Notes: generated from the sequence alone by a model not told the origin. DNA of 64,000 nt from Klebsormidium nitens (GCA_000708835.1 DF237013.1:67071-131070); one strand, 5' to 3'. Numbered from the stretch's first letter, positions 23,533 to 36,774 are shown. Numbers and translations are program-made.

Positions 23533-24214
23533 CTCCCATATCATCCATGCACGTTGAGTCACTTGGAGCTCCGAGGGAAGTAGTCACGCCCTCGTTCATG
23601 TCTACCGTGGCCTCAGGTGGTTGTGTGAGCGCGCGTGCCTTTCAGAGAACCTACAGTTCAATCTCATGTGCATATACTTTGATAATAAATACCCGGTCTG
23701 ACCCAGTGGATGTGGGTTCCAGTTTCCCCCGAAGGCATGTGGCAGATATTCGAAAATGCTCATCAAGTCCCGCGGACGCCCATATATATGCTATCTAAGT
23801 TCGCCTTGTCACCTCTAGTGTTCTCCGAGACGGCAGCAAGCCAGCGACGCCTTGCGGAGTCTCTGTACGTGATGTGTTGAAATGTAGCAGTTGTTCTTCT
23901 GCAGCAGTCCGTGCCGCTGAGTACCATGCTGTCATCTTTCGGTCACTTCCTTCCTTTTCGCTTTGTTAGGATGGACCTACGGTGTTACCTCTGCTTGTAA
24001 CAACAGATTAATGCAGATACGACCGTATGCCCTGCTTGTACAGCCAAAAACTATGTTGAGCCCCTATGTATGAGCATCAGGATCATTGCAGACTCCCGCT
24101 GTGCCTACAAGACTAACAACAAGACCAGTAACGCAACTTTCAAACGAAGCTCGAAGTAATTGTTAAAAGCGTGCTTTCTTTGTTTTGTCCAAGTGAGCGC
24201 GCGAGCAAGCCAAT

Positions 24215-27200
24215 CTACAGCTCGTCTTTGCCTTCGCTAGACGGGCTCCCAGCAAGTTGAGCGAGTGTGAGTGCGAGAATTTTCACACCGTTAGCAATCT
24301 GCTCGGGAGAGGCGTACTCGTCCGGATGGTGACTCAGGCCGTCACGACACGGGATGAAGATCATGGCCGTGGGCGCAATCTGCGCTATCAAGCCTGCACA
24401 CGCGACGTATGCAATCAACATATCAGGGCGAAGAACTGCGAGGCACTTATCGTACCAGAGGTGTTCGGAGCATAGAACATTGCACGCCAATCGTTCGCGA
24501 TCTGTACAAAAGAGAAGTACCTACAGAACAGTATCGAATTATGCGCACGAGACTTGTTGGTTAAACCGGCGGTCCGTTAACCAGTGCCAACACTTCTTAA
24601 ATGGAAAACTGAGACACAAACTTCTTGGAAGTCTTTCCGGCATCCTTTAAACCGCAGTGACCGTTCTGAACACCAATGAAAATGATGGAACGTAAAAGCC
24701 AATTTGTGCAAAGGTAAGTACGCTTGGCTCGACCATGCCCGCTTACCAGACTCTAACGCGACATACTTCATTCCTGGTCCATCACAAGATTCGCTCTTGG
24801 GGAAAGAACATTCTGCCATGAACCTGAACCTTTCTCACTCCCCGCCCTTACCTGCGTCATGGTAGCCCCGGCTAATCATGCGCTTGCTCGACAGGCCCAG
24901 CTTGTTCGAAGCATTCTCGATTGCGTTCAATATCTGGAAAGTGAAGACGAGTCCGCTCATCATCCGGCATGATCGTTCAGTGGTTAACAGAGTGAAAGGA
25001 GCAGCACTTGGTTTCCTCCGTTATCAGGCGACAGGCTCAGGAACGCGCGCTCTTGTTTCAGCAACTAGTAGAATGCGAAGCAAGTTGATCCGAGTGTTCA
25101 GTGGCGCGCTTTGGGATTACAACGGAGGGCTCGCTCGGCGCTTGGTATACAAGCGTCTAGGAATGGGAACGCGAGATTTGGAGAATCAAGGGCTGGGTCG
25201 TTCAGATTCTGCAGCACCTGTCCAACGAAGGACACGGCCGGAAAAAGAAACAGACGAATCTTATCAGGATCCGAGGGCGCTGCAGCAGGTGTCAACAAAA
25301 GGGGAAATGAGAGGGAAATAAGGTCTCACGAGCAGAAAGACGCAGAGGGGCAAGAGAGCGTCAGATGCCATACCCGCTCGTCGCCGGTGCCCGGGGGATA
25401 CGCGAACAGCGTCTTGGTCGAGAAGCCGCACTTCCGCCGGGCGGCGATTTCCGCCGCGGAATCGAAGGCGGTCTGTATGACGGAGTCGCGCCGCTCCCCG
25501 ACGGTGTCCCGGATGTCGATGTCCAGTTGCACTTTCCGGGGGATTGCGTTGTAGATGTTGGGCGACTGGTCCCATAGCCCGACTGTAGCGACCGTCTCAG
25601 AAGCTCCTGCGATTAGGAGAGAGACACGTGTCTTTAAAGTTGGTATCTGGATTTGTTCCTGCGGTGGTAAACCACGAACTGCGTCAAAGCTTGTCGGAAA
25701 GGTTTCGAGGAACTGGTCGCATTCTGCGCGAGCGTCGCGAAGACTTTGGAATGAAAGAGATGGGGACTCCGGTCGAAGGGTCTGCCTAAACCAATTGCAA
25801 ATGGTGCCAGGATTAGAAGGGAACATTCTAGGGGTACTGAATTCAGGGCCCGATTGTAGTGACGCTTCAAGTGTTGAAGGACAGAGAAAATTAGTCGGAG
25901 CAGTCTCAAAAATCAATCATGTCCAGATGGTCCGCAGAACAGCTGCTCAAAGAGGAACTGCCGCGAGAAGGTGAGGACCCCGAGGCTTTTGGACAGTCAC
26001 ATCAACGCTGCTTGACACTGCTGTGAACGGCACCGCGCCAAAAGGAAGGCAGCAAACTCGAGGAGCACAACCGATCGCACCTGTTCCGAGCGCGGCCTTC
26101 TCGATGGTGAGCGCCAGCTCGGCTGCGGCCATTGAAGGGTCGTTTCTGCGGATAGGGTGCAAGGTTCAGATTCTTCGCATGGGACACACTTCTCCTGGCA
26201 AGTCGATCTTGCGGGTTCGAGAAGCTTGGGCTAAGACGTCATTCTGGCGAGATTCTTCTTTGCTTGTCCGGAGAATGCTCCAAGGGCGAGGGTGTTTCGT
26301 GGAGGGGTTGTTTCTCGATCCGCATAAGTGATCTGAAAAACTGTCTGAATTTCGTCTCTTGTCTGCGACAGAGAAGCCGTGTTGAGCTTTTTCACTTCCT
26401 GCGGATCAGATTTGCTGACGGCTCTAGCGGCGACATCGGCGCCGTTACCGCAGCCTCGTGGTCGCCGCAGCGCTCCCTCGACAGGACGAGGCTTCTGATA
26501 CCCCCGGCTTTCGAGGTTTTACTGCAAGTTCGGTCAAACCTGGCCGCCTGACCCGAGTCCGAATCGAGCCAGTCGCAGATCTTTTCTCGAGCGCAGAACC
26601 TGGGCCGTTCGATGAGCCGCATCTGAGTCATTGGAGGATCCGTTTTTTTTGCGCATCGGGCAAGAAGTTGCGATCGGCTCAAATAGGAATCTGGTCAAGC
26701 GGCCAAGTTTAATTGAATGTGCAGTAAAGAAACTCACCGTTGAAGCATTGGCATCCCTCCTCCATGGCCGCCCTTCCCAGTGAACTCGACGCGGATCATC
26801 GACGGCGCAGCGATGGCTTCGACGATGCCGATGTCGAAACCCTCCGCCTCGAGGTGCGGGCCCTGTTCGATGTGCAGTTCGACGAACGCGTCGATCTTGA
26901 GGCCCGTTCTCTTCCAGTGAGTTTTATCGGCGAACTCCTGTGACGGAAGCGGGTCCAAGGAGCGTTACAAGCCGAGCAAAAGAGCCGCCAAGTGGGTCAG
27001 GATCCAAGACGTGAGGGTTCCGAAGAAGCCCACAGAAAGGAACGGGTACATTCCGACATGAGCTTCTTCGGAACCAAGGCTGAACGCATAAGATATGGTC
27101 GTTAAGCTATGAGCAGACTCTATGTTTTCGCGGCAAGGTCTTGCCTGCTCCGCTTAAACCTACACTCTAACTGATTCTCGATCGGAAGGAGGTTGCGCAG

Positions 27201-29758
27201 CTCAAGTCAAAGCGCAGACACTACAGCAGATTCCCCCTGACCCGGTCGAAGCCGAGCCGCAATCACGGGCAGTTTAATTGGAGGTTATCACGGAATGAAG
27301 ACGAAGGCAATTCAGTACAGTATGTTACCTGCGCAGATGCCGCTGCATAGCCGACGGCGCGCGCCGCCTCTGCGAAGCTGGTGCCGTTCTCGTCCTTGTA
27401 CGAGTCGAGTATGCTCGGGTCCAGGTGACCGGTGATCCCCCGACTGCAGGCAAAATCATCGCGAGCTGTTTGACCCTCAAAAGTTTCAAATTGAATATTT
27501 CTGCCCATCTTCGTCCTTCTCTTTCGTGACTTGGTTGGCCATGTCGGCCGGTACCCTGAGGTCGACAGGTGTTGAAGACGTTAATGCAAATGCAACCGGC
27601 AGGAACATACTTCCTGAGAACTGGCACAGCTGATATGAGAAGATCTGTTTCATCAGGCCAGTGGAGGACTTTCAAGCCACGCAGCCGACCGTATCATTGC
27701 GTACTCTACCTGAGACGAAAGGAAGAAGGAAGAAGTAGTAGCTGGACCGACAGACTGCAAGCAGAAAAAGCGCACGGCGTGAGGACGTATAAGGACGGCA
27801 GCTGTGAGCAACGGAGCAACGCACCTTCCCAAGCAAGGTATGTTGAACCGGGACGCTTCCTCCGTGCTGAACATGATGGCTTCGATCGACTTCACCGGCT
27901 TGAAGCCAGCTTCTCGGAGTGCTTTGATTGCAGAGATCGCCCCAAGGACCCCGACCGTGCCATCGTACCGTCCCCCCAGGACGATGCTGTCAGAATGCGA
28001 TCCGGACAGGACGACTCCTGCGGACGGACAAGGGAAAAGCCCTTGGATAAGCTTCAACTAGGTGCTCATTGAAAGACAAAGAAGCGCTGATGTCTGGTCA
28101 CGTGCTCTTTGGACAATTCCAAACCTCCGAGACAATCGGCTAATTTCCGGAATAGAATGGGACATCGTCTCCCATGGAAAGACGCAGTTTGGCGGACGCC
28201 CAGACTGATTTAGGAGCCCTTCGAGCTTACAGGAGGCCCAGACTGTTGCATGCTGAAGTTTCGTAGATCAGAGAGAGATTCCCAGGCCATCAACGTCATC
28301 GGGATCAAATGCTTTGAAGGGATTCATGACAGGCCTCAGCAGGGACAATCGTACCTGCATCTGGATCTGAGCCCTGCCAACGGCCGAAGATGTTCCCCAT
28401 TGCGTCCTCTCTTATTATTAGGCCTGCATCTGTCATCAGCTGCTTTATGTGCCTGCAGGGTGGGAACCTCAATAATTACTCAATGCACAGCCGAATATGG
28501 CAGACATGGACAATTGTTGGGATAGCCTCCTGAAGAGCAGCATAGAGGGCGGCCTGACCAACTCCTTTCCGGATGAATGTGTGTCGACCAGGAACGAAGT
28601 GCATGTGACTGAAGAAGGACGGTTAATTTTCGTCGTTGATGTCACAATCTTGCAAGTGTATAGGAGTCAGGTTCATGTTTATTTTGAGTGGGGTGCTGCG
28701 GATATACTTCAAGTGGATTCGAAGGTGCAAAATCCTGTCTGCAAAGCAGCAAGCGGTCTTTGTATACTGACCACCGCAAGGACACCAAGTGAGAAAATAA
28801 TGAACCTACTGCCTAGCTTCGTCTGTGTCACACCCCTTTCCAAGCTGCCTTGCAGTGTAGCAAAAATGACGAACACCCATTCGACCTGTTTGCAATCTGC
28901 TGGAGCCTTATCAGCCTTAATCGTGTTTGCAAAAGCGCGAGAGTGCAAGATTTCACCATGCAAAGAGAAGGGGAGATGGCTCCAAGGACGATGCCGCGCT
29001 TACTTGCGGGCCTGCATGTCTGTGTCTGTAAACACGAGCCGAGTGACGGACGGAGGGGCGGAGTCGGTGAATGCAGCAAGGTCCTCAAACTGCAAATGGC
29101 AAGTGCATTAGAAGGTGAGTTCCACTGTACGTTCTTCACACACAATCCATTCAATTTGGCAGTCAGTTCCAAGCAATCGGACTTCCTACCGTCCATCAAA
29201 AGCTCACTGATATGAGAATCGTTCTTGACATGGAAACGCATATTGCGAAAAGCAGTCGTGTCGTCTCAGTCAGCTACTTTCAGTGCACCGTAAAGCTCTT
29301 TGAGCTTAGGAGCTTGAGAGTAACCAATGGACAGTGCTTAGATGACCAGAAGAAAAGCGAGCCGGCTAAAAGCGCAGGACCATGGAGCGCAGGCAAGCAC
29401 GCAATTTTGGGAAACTGGAGAGCTCTGAGTCCAATACTTTGTGCTATAAATTCCAGATCCAAATTGATCATGATGAGTGGTGTTGTCAAGGACTTCTGAA
29501 GACTTGTAGAATGATCCAAAGCCAATCTGCCGATAGCATGCTAAGACACAGAAGATGGTCATACAAAAGAAAAGGCACCATGTTGACAGGGATGCAGCAG
29601 GAAAGTGTAGCAATCAGTTCCTTGCACTTGCTCACCAGTTGCTTCATTCTTCCAGGCGTGATACCCTCCAGGGGCATGTCCAGTGAACTGGCAGTGCTTG
29701 GGCCAACCACAAACAGGATAAGTGCAGCGACGGTCAGAGCATACAGCTTGCCCTTCAT
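24215..29758 (-). CDS. UAH: Ureidoglycolate amidohydrolase (peptidase M20/hydantoinase-carbamoylase family), ER-targeted
   Basis: Exons: 29758-29636, 29089-29004, 28452-28355, 28017-27825, 27443-27329, 26937-26738, 26145-26081, 25606-25374, 24933-24852, 24393-24215; all phase-consistent. Motifs: PSVTRLVFT, EDAMGNIFGRW, SGSHSD, YDGTVGVLGAI, TEEASRF, FVELHIEQGP, GGHGG, ISRGYHD, MIFIPC..G.SHHPDEY. It has an N-terminal signal peptide and ends in GKDEL*. It follows the plant UAH pattern as I recall it more closely than AAH. Confidence 0.9.
26528..26718. repeat. Imperfect inverted repeat (~80-bp arms, ~30-bp spacer), MITE-like or hairpin, in a UAH intron
   Basis: The left arm ...aaacctggccgcctgacccgagtccgaatcgagccagtcgcagatcttttctcgagcgcag matches the reverse complement of 26636-26718 (...aaacttggccgcttgaccagattcctatttgagccgatcgcaacttcttgcccgatgcgcaa). 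No TSD identified. Confidence 0.7.
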
Positions 29759-30556
29759 GGCTGCTGTCTGAGAGGAGTCTTTTCGCTTCAGCAGCTGAAC
29801 GTCTGGTTGTGCAAAGCTTAGAAGAGTCCAACCTGGACTTACAGTTCCACAGCAACTGCGGGCTGTTCAGCAGGCTTTCCGAAAAAGGGAATGCTCAAAA
29901 TGTGCTCAAATGGTCCTTGAGAACCTGTGCAGTTTTGATCCATCTATCGCTGATTGTTCCGTGCATATGCCCTTTCCACACGAACAATCTTTCTTATATG
30001 GGTGCAAAAGTTGATTAAAAGGAGAAGGGAGGATTCTTTACGGGATAGTATCTAAAAGCTTTCATCAAAGTCTTTTCCGGGGTGAAAAGCGTCTGGAGCA
30101 AATCAGGCTGCCTGCACTTTCAAATGCATCAAGTATGGATGAATGCTGTGGGCCTCCATCAGCCAATGCGCTGCTCTTAATGGCTGGACAAGCGGTAAGT
30201 ATACTCTGTGCATGGCCTCAGCTAGAGCTGCTAACGAACAGAAAGAAGTTGGACACTTTCCCGGCAGAGAGGGAAATACATTCATGGCAACATTTTACTT
30301 AGCCTCCACGCAACCCTGACCCTTCTGCTTCTTGTCTGCCGTCCATATTCTGAAGGAACGTGTCTCCATCCATCGCGATCTGCAGTGAGTTTAATCATTC
30401 CCTTCAAGGCTTGGAGATTGGAGCTCAGCTCTGCGGACAAAACGCCCCCATGACGATTCATGACTTCCGAGTCTCATGAGTCGGGATGACATGAGAAGTG
30501 ACCCTGCTTAGATTCTGCGTGATCCCCACGAAAATTGCAGCGGACTTCGCCTTGCG

Positions 30557-31015
30557 ACACGTGGCAGCGTGGCGTACTTTAGGACGTTTGATTCTGATTG
30601 CCGCTGATCATCAAGTTATTTGCGGACGTCCGCCCCAAAAACTTGTTGTCAAAATGTCCGAAAGGGCCAAAAATCCACTGGCACATGTGATCATTTTGCG
30701 AAAGAGGTCATTTTCGCGGCGTCACATTTCGTGTGCTCTCCCAGGGCCAATGGGCCCATATGGGCATTGGCTTGCAAGCGCCCTGGCCCCTTGGTCTCTA
30801 GCTGCCCGCTGGCCAGCAGGGACCGTTATGGAGGGGTCAGAAGAGCAGTAGCTGCAAGACTACTGCTTCCAGAGACCAGCAAAAAGTCGTCACGTTCTTG
30901 CAAGTAGATTGCACTTCGCCTTCAAGTTGGTAACTTGGTCGGACGTGCTTCTCAACAGCAGGACGCCATCTGCAGCAAGCAACCAGCACCACCCGCGCAG
31001 CCGACAGCTATAAAT
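30557..31015 (+). promoter_or_regulatory. Putative Prx copy-2 promoter: ABRE/G-box ACACGTGGC (30557-30565) and TATA box TATAAAT (31009-31015)
   Basis: Both motifs read directly. The TATA box is ~130 bp upstream of the ATG at 31145. The region is the divergent intergenic stretch between UAH and Prx. Function is inferred only. Confidence 0.45.
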
Positions 31016-31144
31016 CTGTGCCCTGTTCCTGCATTTGCAACCAACAACAGCTTTCCACCTTTTCACCTTGCACGCCGCTTCCAACAGCCAGTCCTTTGCC
31101 TCCATCTTGTCAACCCCTTTTCGGAACCTCTCAGTTTTGCCAAG

Positions 31145-33988
31145 ATGTCTTGCGCTATCCCCTCAGGATCTGACGCTTATGCCAAGTTGTACCCTGAGAC
31201 CTCTAGCGATGGGGTAAGATACTCTTCTTCTTCCTTCTGTTGCAACATCAGCGCGACGCCGCAGCCGCTCTGTCTGATGAAGCTCAGATCTCAAACAATC
31301 TTTCTGTGCTGCTGTTCTCTTCCAGATTGGCCTTGTCAGTCAGCATCCGTGTACTGATCCTGTACACCTAGTTAGCCGGATAAACCCGCCTGAGCGCAAG
31401 GAATCTATGCCTACAGGGCGCGACAGCTGCTTTGAACACAGGCATTGCAGGAGGAGTGCACCCTCCTAATGATGTGCTGGTTGTACTTACCTTAAAGTTC
31501 CTGCTCCTTTCTGATCTAGTACGTGCTGTCTTAATGCATTGCCTCAACCTGCAGGTGCTCCGCCTGGGCAACATTGTCCCTGACTTCTCCGCAGAAACCA
31601 CCAAGGGCCCCATGCCCAGCTTCCACAAGTGGATTGACGGCCACTGGGCAATCCTCTTCTCCCACCCTGCTGACTTCACTGTGAGTCTCCAAATCAATCT
31701 GGGCTGCGCAATGCTGCCAACGGCCTGTTGATCAGTTACACTCACGTGTGCAGACGACCAAGATGAGACATTCTTTGAGAGTCCCCATATTCCCAGCAAT
31801 CCTATTCGAACAAGACAACCTGAAGATCGCCGACTCGGGGTTTTCGCCGGCAGTCTGCAAGCATGCCTTTGGTTGCAAAACCTCACAAGGATCTATGCTT
31901 GTGTCGCTTCAAGCATCTGGAAGGGATCTGGAATTAACTGCTTTTGAGCATGTTTCTTCAAAGCTGTTCTTGAATGTCAGGTTTGCACCCTTTCTCCCGC
32001 CCCTTCATAGCTCAACTTATTATCCTTTCGCTTCTTTCCAGCCGGTGTGCACCACCGAGATTGGGAGACTGGCGCTAAAGTACGACTACCTGAGCTCCAT
32101 TGGTGTGAAGCTGGCCACTCTCTCCTGCGATCCGGTTAGTACTCCATCCCATAACCTGGACCAGCGACTCAATTGCAAACCCTAAAAATGAAATGGGTAG
32201 AAGCAAGCTCAAAATTGGGATATCTTACTCAAATGGATGGTGACTGGAAGGTTCATATCTCAAAGCACGCTCGCGTGATAAATAGCCAGTGTACTGCCAG
32301 TTAGTTTGGACAAGATGTTGGTGTTCCTCCGCAGTTTATGTTGACAACTCAGCCTAGCAGAACCACGCTGTCAATCTGGCTGGGAAAGGGAACGGAGCAG
32401 TGATAAGTAGATGCCATTTCTGTATGAGGATTTTTAAAGAGATTTTTTGTAGAACGGTTTCAATCCGGGTTTGGATGTAAGTCTAAATAACGCTGCTAGC
32501 AGGAAACTTTTTCAAAAAAATGTGTCCTTGTGGTGACCCTGAAGTGTTGCCCCATTCCGCGCAGGTGAGCAGCCACACCAAGTGGCTGGAGGATGTGGTG
32601 GCGCACTGCGAGAACAAGATCACGATCGACTTCCCCATCATCGCTGACCCCACGCGCGAGATCAGCGTTAAGTATGGCATGCTGGACCCCACCATCAAGG
32701 ACAAGGAGGGCCTGCCCCTCACCTGCCGCGCCGTCTTCATCGTCGGTGAGATGCCATCCGAGTTCTCCTTGAGTTCCGTCTGTTCTCTTGAAAAAGTTTT
32801 TAGTGGTGTAATCCTCAAGACCGGATGAGAGGAAGTATCTACTCAGTGACATGCATCGGACGTGCTGCTGTAGGCCTGTTTCAAGCTAGGTACTCCGTTC
32901 GGTCGGAGTTTTGCAGCCAGAATAGTCGGCCATTGATCAAAGCTTTTCCTCGTTTCTCGATTTGTAGAGGTGCAAGATCGGAGATTCGTTGACGCTTGTC
33001 CCAGCTCGACATACCTGACTGGAAACTTGTTGATCGGCGTACTGGACTGCTCTTCTTTCGAGTCTAGTTTCCATTCCACGGAGGTCAAATTTGACGTCTT
33101 TGTTTTCATATTACCTTTGATGAGCAGAACTTACATGGCGACTTTGTCAATGCGGCTTAATCATCACTAATAGCACTGCCGCTACCTGTTCAGAACCCAA
33201 CAAACTGTGTATTGGAATCCTCGATTCATGTCCACTCTGCCGGGCTTGCCAAAAATGCAGAGAGCTGACCACTTGAAACGTTCCATTGACAGGCCCCGAC
33301 AAGAAGCTGAAGCTGTCTTTGAACTACCCTGCCTCTGTTGGACGTAACATGGACGAGATTGTCCGTGTGACTGACGCCCTCATGCTTTCGGCCAAGCACT
33401 CCATCGTAAGCCCAGCGTCCCTGCAGTGCGATGTCTGTGTTTGGGACTGACAGGGATCTATCAGGGCTGGTTTCGACTAGCTGGGAATCGTTGCTGCTTA
33501 CTCGTAACTAAGCAGTTTTGGCCAGCAACAGGCCCGACTAGTTCTCGAAGAGACCCATCGTTTGCAATTCGACTCTCGTACAACGTGGAGGAGTCCGCTC
33601 TTAACAACACCAGGGCTGTCTTTCTCCATTAGGGCGTTCGGACGTTGACTTTTCGGTTCCTCAGGGTGACTGGCACCCGTTGCTTCTTTCTCACCTCAAT
33701 CTTGAAAGGGAAGAGGAAATTGCGCCTTGCAAAGACACTGCTGTATTCGCCCTTGGTGATTGCTTCCTTCATGGACTTGTCTTTAAACGTTGCTTGTGTT
33801 TTGGCCCACAGGCTCTCCCCGCCAACTGGCCCAACAACCACGAGAGCATCGGCATGAAGGGCTCCGCGTTTTTGCTGCCCACTGTAACCAAGGAGGACGC
33901 GCAAAAGCACTTCCCGGGATACAAGACATGCGCGGTGCCTTCAGGCGTGGAGTACCTCCGCCTCACCAAAATCGAGGACCTAAAGTAG
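31145..33988 (+). CDS. PER1: 1-Cys peroxiredoxin (PRDX6/PER1 family), copy 2, complete
   Basis: Exons: 31145-31213, 31555-31680, 32042-32134, 32565-32745, 33293-33405, 33812-33988. They encode LRLGNIVPDF...WAILFSHPADFT|PVCTTE (the 1-Cys Prx active site). Exon 1 is a 23-aa extension and is the least certain exon. Confidence 0.95.
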
Positions 33989-34914
33989 AGTCGGGTCTAT
34001 CTAAAGAAGTCGCATTTGTTAAATAGTGTGTCGTCGGTCATGTCTCTTAAGCCTACAGACTGTATAGATATGCTGCCGATATGTGAGACGTGCAAGTTGA
34101 GTTGTGAAGTAGAGAATTGCATTAGAAGCGAGCCACCTCGAACCGGTCTCGAAGGATATGTTCGGAAACTCGATGGAAATAATCTACCTTTATAAGCGGG
34201 GCTGCACGGACGTGAGGTTTATCTCATCATCATCAATAAAACAGAGTTGCGAAATTCGACTCCTAAGTTCGGCTCCTTAATGAAAGTCATGAGAGGAGTT
34301 TGCATCATCATGTGATCCCGCCCCATGTGTTTGATGTGCACGGGTCAGTCAATAAAGATCCATGGAGAAGTGTCCTGGCATCAATGATTCGAGAAGTGTC
34401 CATCAGTACCAATCCGGTCAATTTGCGATGCCATCGCGTTGACGCAATTTCTTGGAATACCGTATTCTGACATCCGATACATGAATACATCTTATCCAAT
34501 GTCCGGCCGCGGTACGTCGTTACAACATTAATATTACTGTATCCCCACGTAGCAAGCAGCCTGGCCTGTCACGGTTCAAGAACACTCCTAAAAGCTTGCA
34601 GACTGCTGCAAAAGAAGGAAGGAGCACTGAGCAGTGTATTGCCGCAAGAAGTTGAGCTTTCAGCTTCACAATGGCTGCTGTAGCAATGATAGGCATTGTC
34701 CTTGACCAGGACGGGTCTCCAGTCTGTCGATGGTCTGCGAGTTGTGATTAGGCCCCTTCTTCCGTGTTCTGTGCTTTTACGATCGAGCGGCGATTAAAGG
34801 TTGATAACTCTCATCGGACGGCAATGCAATGTCGCTTTCGCAGATCTGAGATCCCTCAACTTCAAGTTCAAGGCGAATCACAGGTGTGGCCCCACTCACA
34901 GCCAAGAGATACAA

Positions 34915-34982
34915 CGGAAAAGAAGAGAGAAAAGCAGAAAAGAGAGAAGAAAAGAGGAAAAAGGAGAGATATAAGGGAGAGT
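34915..34982. repeat. Purine-rich (A/G) low-complexity tract
   Basis: aacggaaaagaagagagaaaagcagaaaagagagaagaaaagaggaaaaaggagagata... Confidence 0.7.
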
Positions 34983-36774
34983 ATTTTAGCGTTATAAGAC
35001 GATATCAGCATTATCGAACGGCCCCCAGATGGCCGTTCGATACAGTGTTTGATTCACTCTGACCGTCCGATCTCCAGACAGTCGAGAAGTGACGAAGAAA
35101 TGACGTTGCATCAAATTCTATTTCCGGCGACTCGGACCCCGGTCTATGATCGACACGTGGTCTTTTTGACACGCGGCCCAATCAAATTGCCGGGATTAAT
35201 GTCATGTCGCATACTGAGTGGGACCGATAAAGATTCCCAGGCTCCCAGGGCCAGAGCTTCGAGGTCTGGATAGCTGTGCGCTCCTTGGACCTTCAGGCTT
35301 CATTGTCAGAGTCTTCAGAGTCCTTCTCAGTCTGTGCTCTGGGAGTAGGGTACCTCCGAGTCTGGGCAATTCCTTTCGCCATCATGCGTCGTCTTCTTCC
35401 TTGAAGGTATGTGAGGCGAAAGGGCGGTAAGCTTACCACTTTTCTAAAACAGTAAGCCTATTCTTTTGCACAATCGACCCGGGCGTTGACAGGAACAGGA
35501 AATAAATTCTGGCGGGGTGAGGGCGGGACGGCCTTCAACACCTCCTAGTATTAATGTCGAGGGAAATCGTTAATTGATTGTCCACGAAAGTACTCTGAAT
35601 GTTGTGTTAGCGGCCAGTCGAGGTTTACAGAGTTATGTGTAGATATGGGCAGGCCACAACAGTCATGGGGCGCTGGGTGGTCCCTGTTTGAGCTGTTGAC
35701 CACAGCCTAAGGCAACCCGGTTAATCATGAGCTGGCACTGACAATTCAGAAATGGTGGGGCAAATGTTCTGGTGGCTACCACTGCCGGCTTTGCAAAGCA
35801 AGGGCCCATGTCATGGTCACGTCTTGACCTCTGTAATGGCATTCCTTCTGGTGAGTCTTGATCAATCTCTGACCTTTGACCAGCTGCCTAGCATTGAAAG
35901 GCAGAGCTCTATCATAAATATTCAGCACAAGCATTCTATCAACAAGAACGGCGCCATTGCAGCCTTGTGGAAAGTGATTTTATGAATCGATGTTGCGAGC
36001 GTTTTTGATTGGCGCATTCCCAATTTTGCAAGTTGATGGAAAGTCGATGGCCCATGACCTATGCTCTAAAGGCCTTGCCTGCGGTGGCCTCATTAAGCGT
36101 TAGACCACCTCAAATTGAGCCACAGCCACTGAATACTTTCGTTACAAACCCAGTGGTCTGGCTGGTTGGTTTGGTGGGTCTGTCTGTCACAGGCTGTTGC
36201 TTATGTTTGCGAGAGGAAATAGCATGGGGATAAAAAATCCACTGACACAGAAAGCTAGTATCTGTGTCTATTGAATCGATCTTAAGAGGAGATACTCTCA
36301 ACAGGCTGGTGTTTTCATATTCAATAACACCTTCAGGGACCTGATTCCTTATGGGTTAGCATCAAGTTGAAATTCTTGATAACTAGCCTGCCATAAGATT
36401 CGATATACATCCTCTGGTCAAATGGATGTCGTCTCCATGCTAAATCTACTTTTTCTGTACCCTTGCAGATGAGTATGGTCATAGGTGGGACCAGCCTTTT
36501 GTGGTTTACAAGTGGGGCAGATTTCAAGATCCTCTCAGGTTTCTCTTCCTTTCTATCCCACAATCCCCTTCATTGCCAGTGTGTAGTAGAAGAACTTAAA
36601 ATAATACGAAAACTCTTGTCCATCTCAGGAAGGTTCACACCAGTTTGCTTTGTGGAGGGAGAAAATTAACTCCCTTTTATTATCAGAACAGTCGAATCTA
36701 AGAGTGCCAGAGGTGCACCCTGCAGTCGGCCAGCCTGCATCAAGTAACGGGTTGGCGATGACCTCGAAATTTTA

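Noticed and set aside
24878-25974. Several 140-150-aa plus-strand ORFs
   Set aside because: Antisense shadows of GC-rich UAH exons and introns.
28497-29241. 204-aa plus-strand ORF and overlapping ORFs
   Set aside because: They overlap UAH exon 2 and introns antisense, with no motifs.
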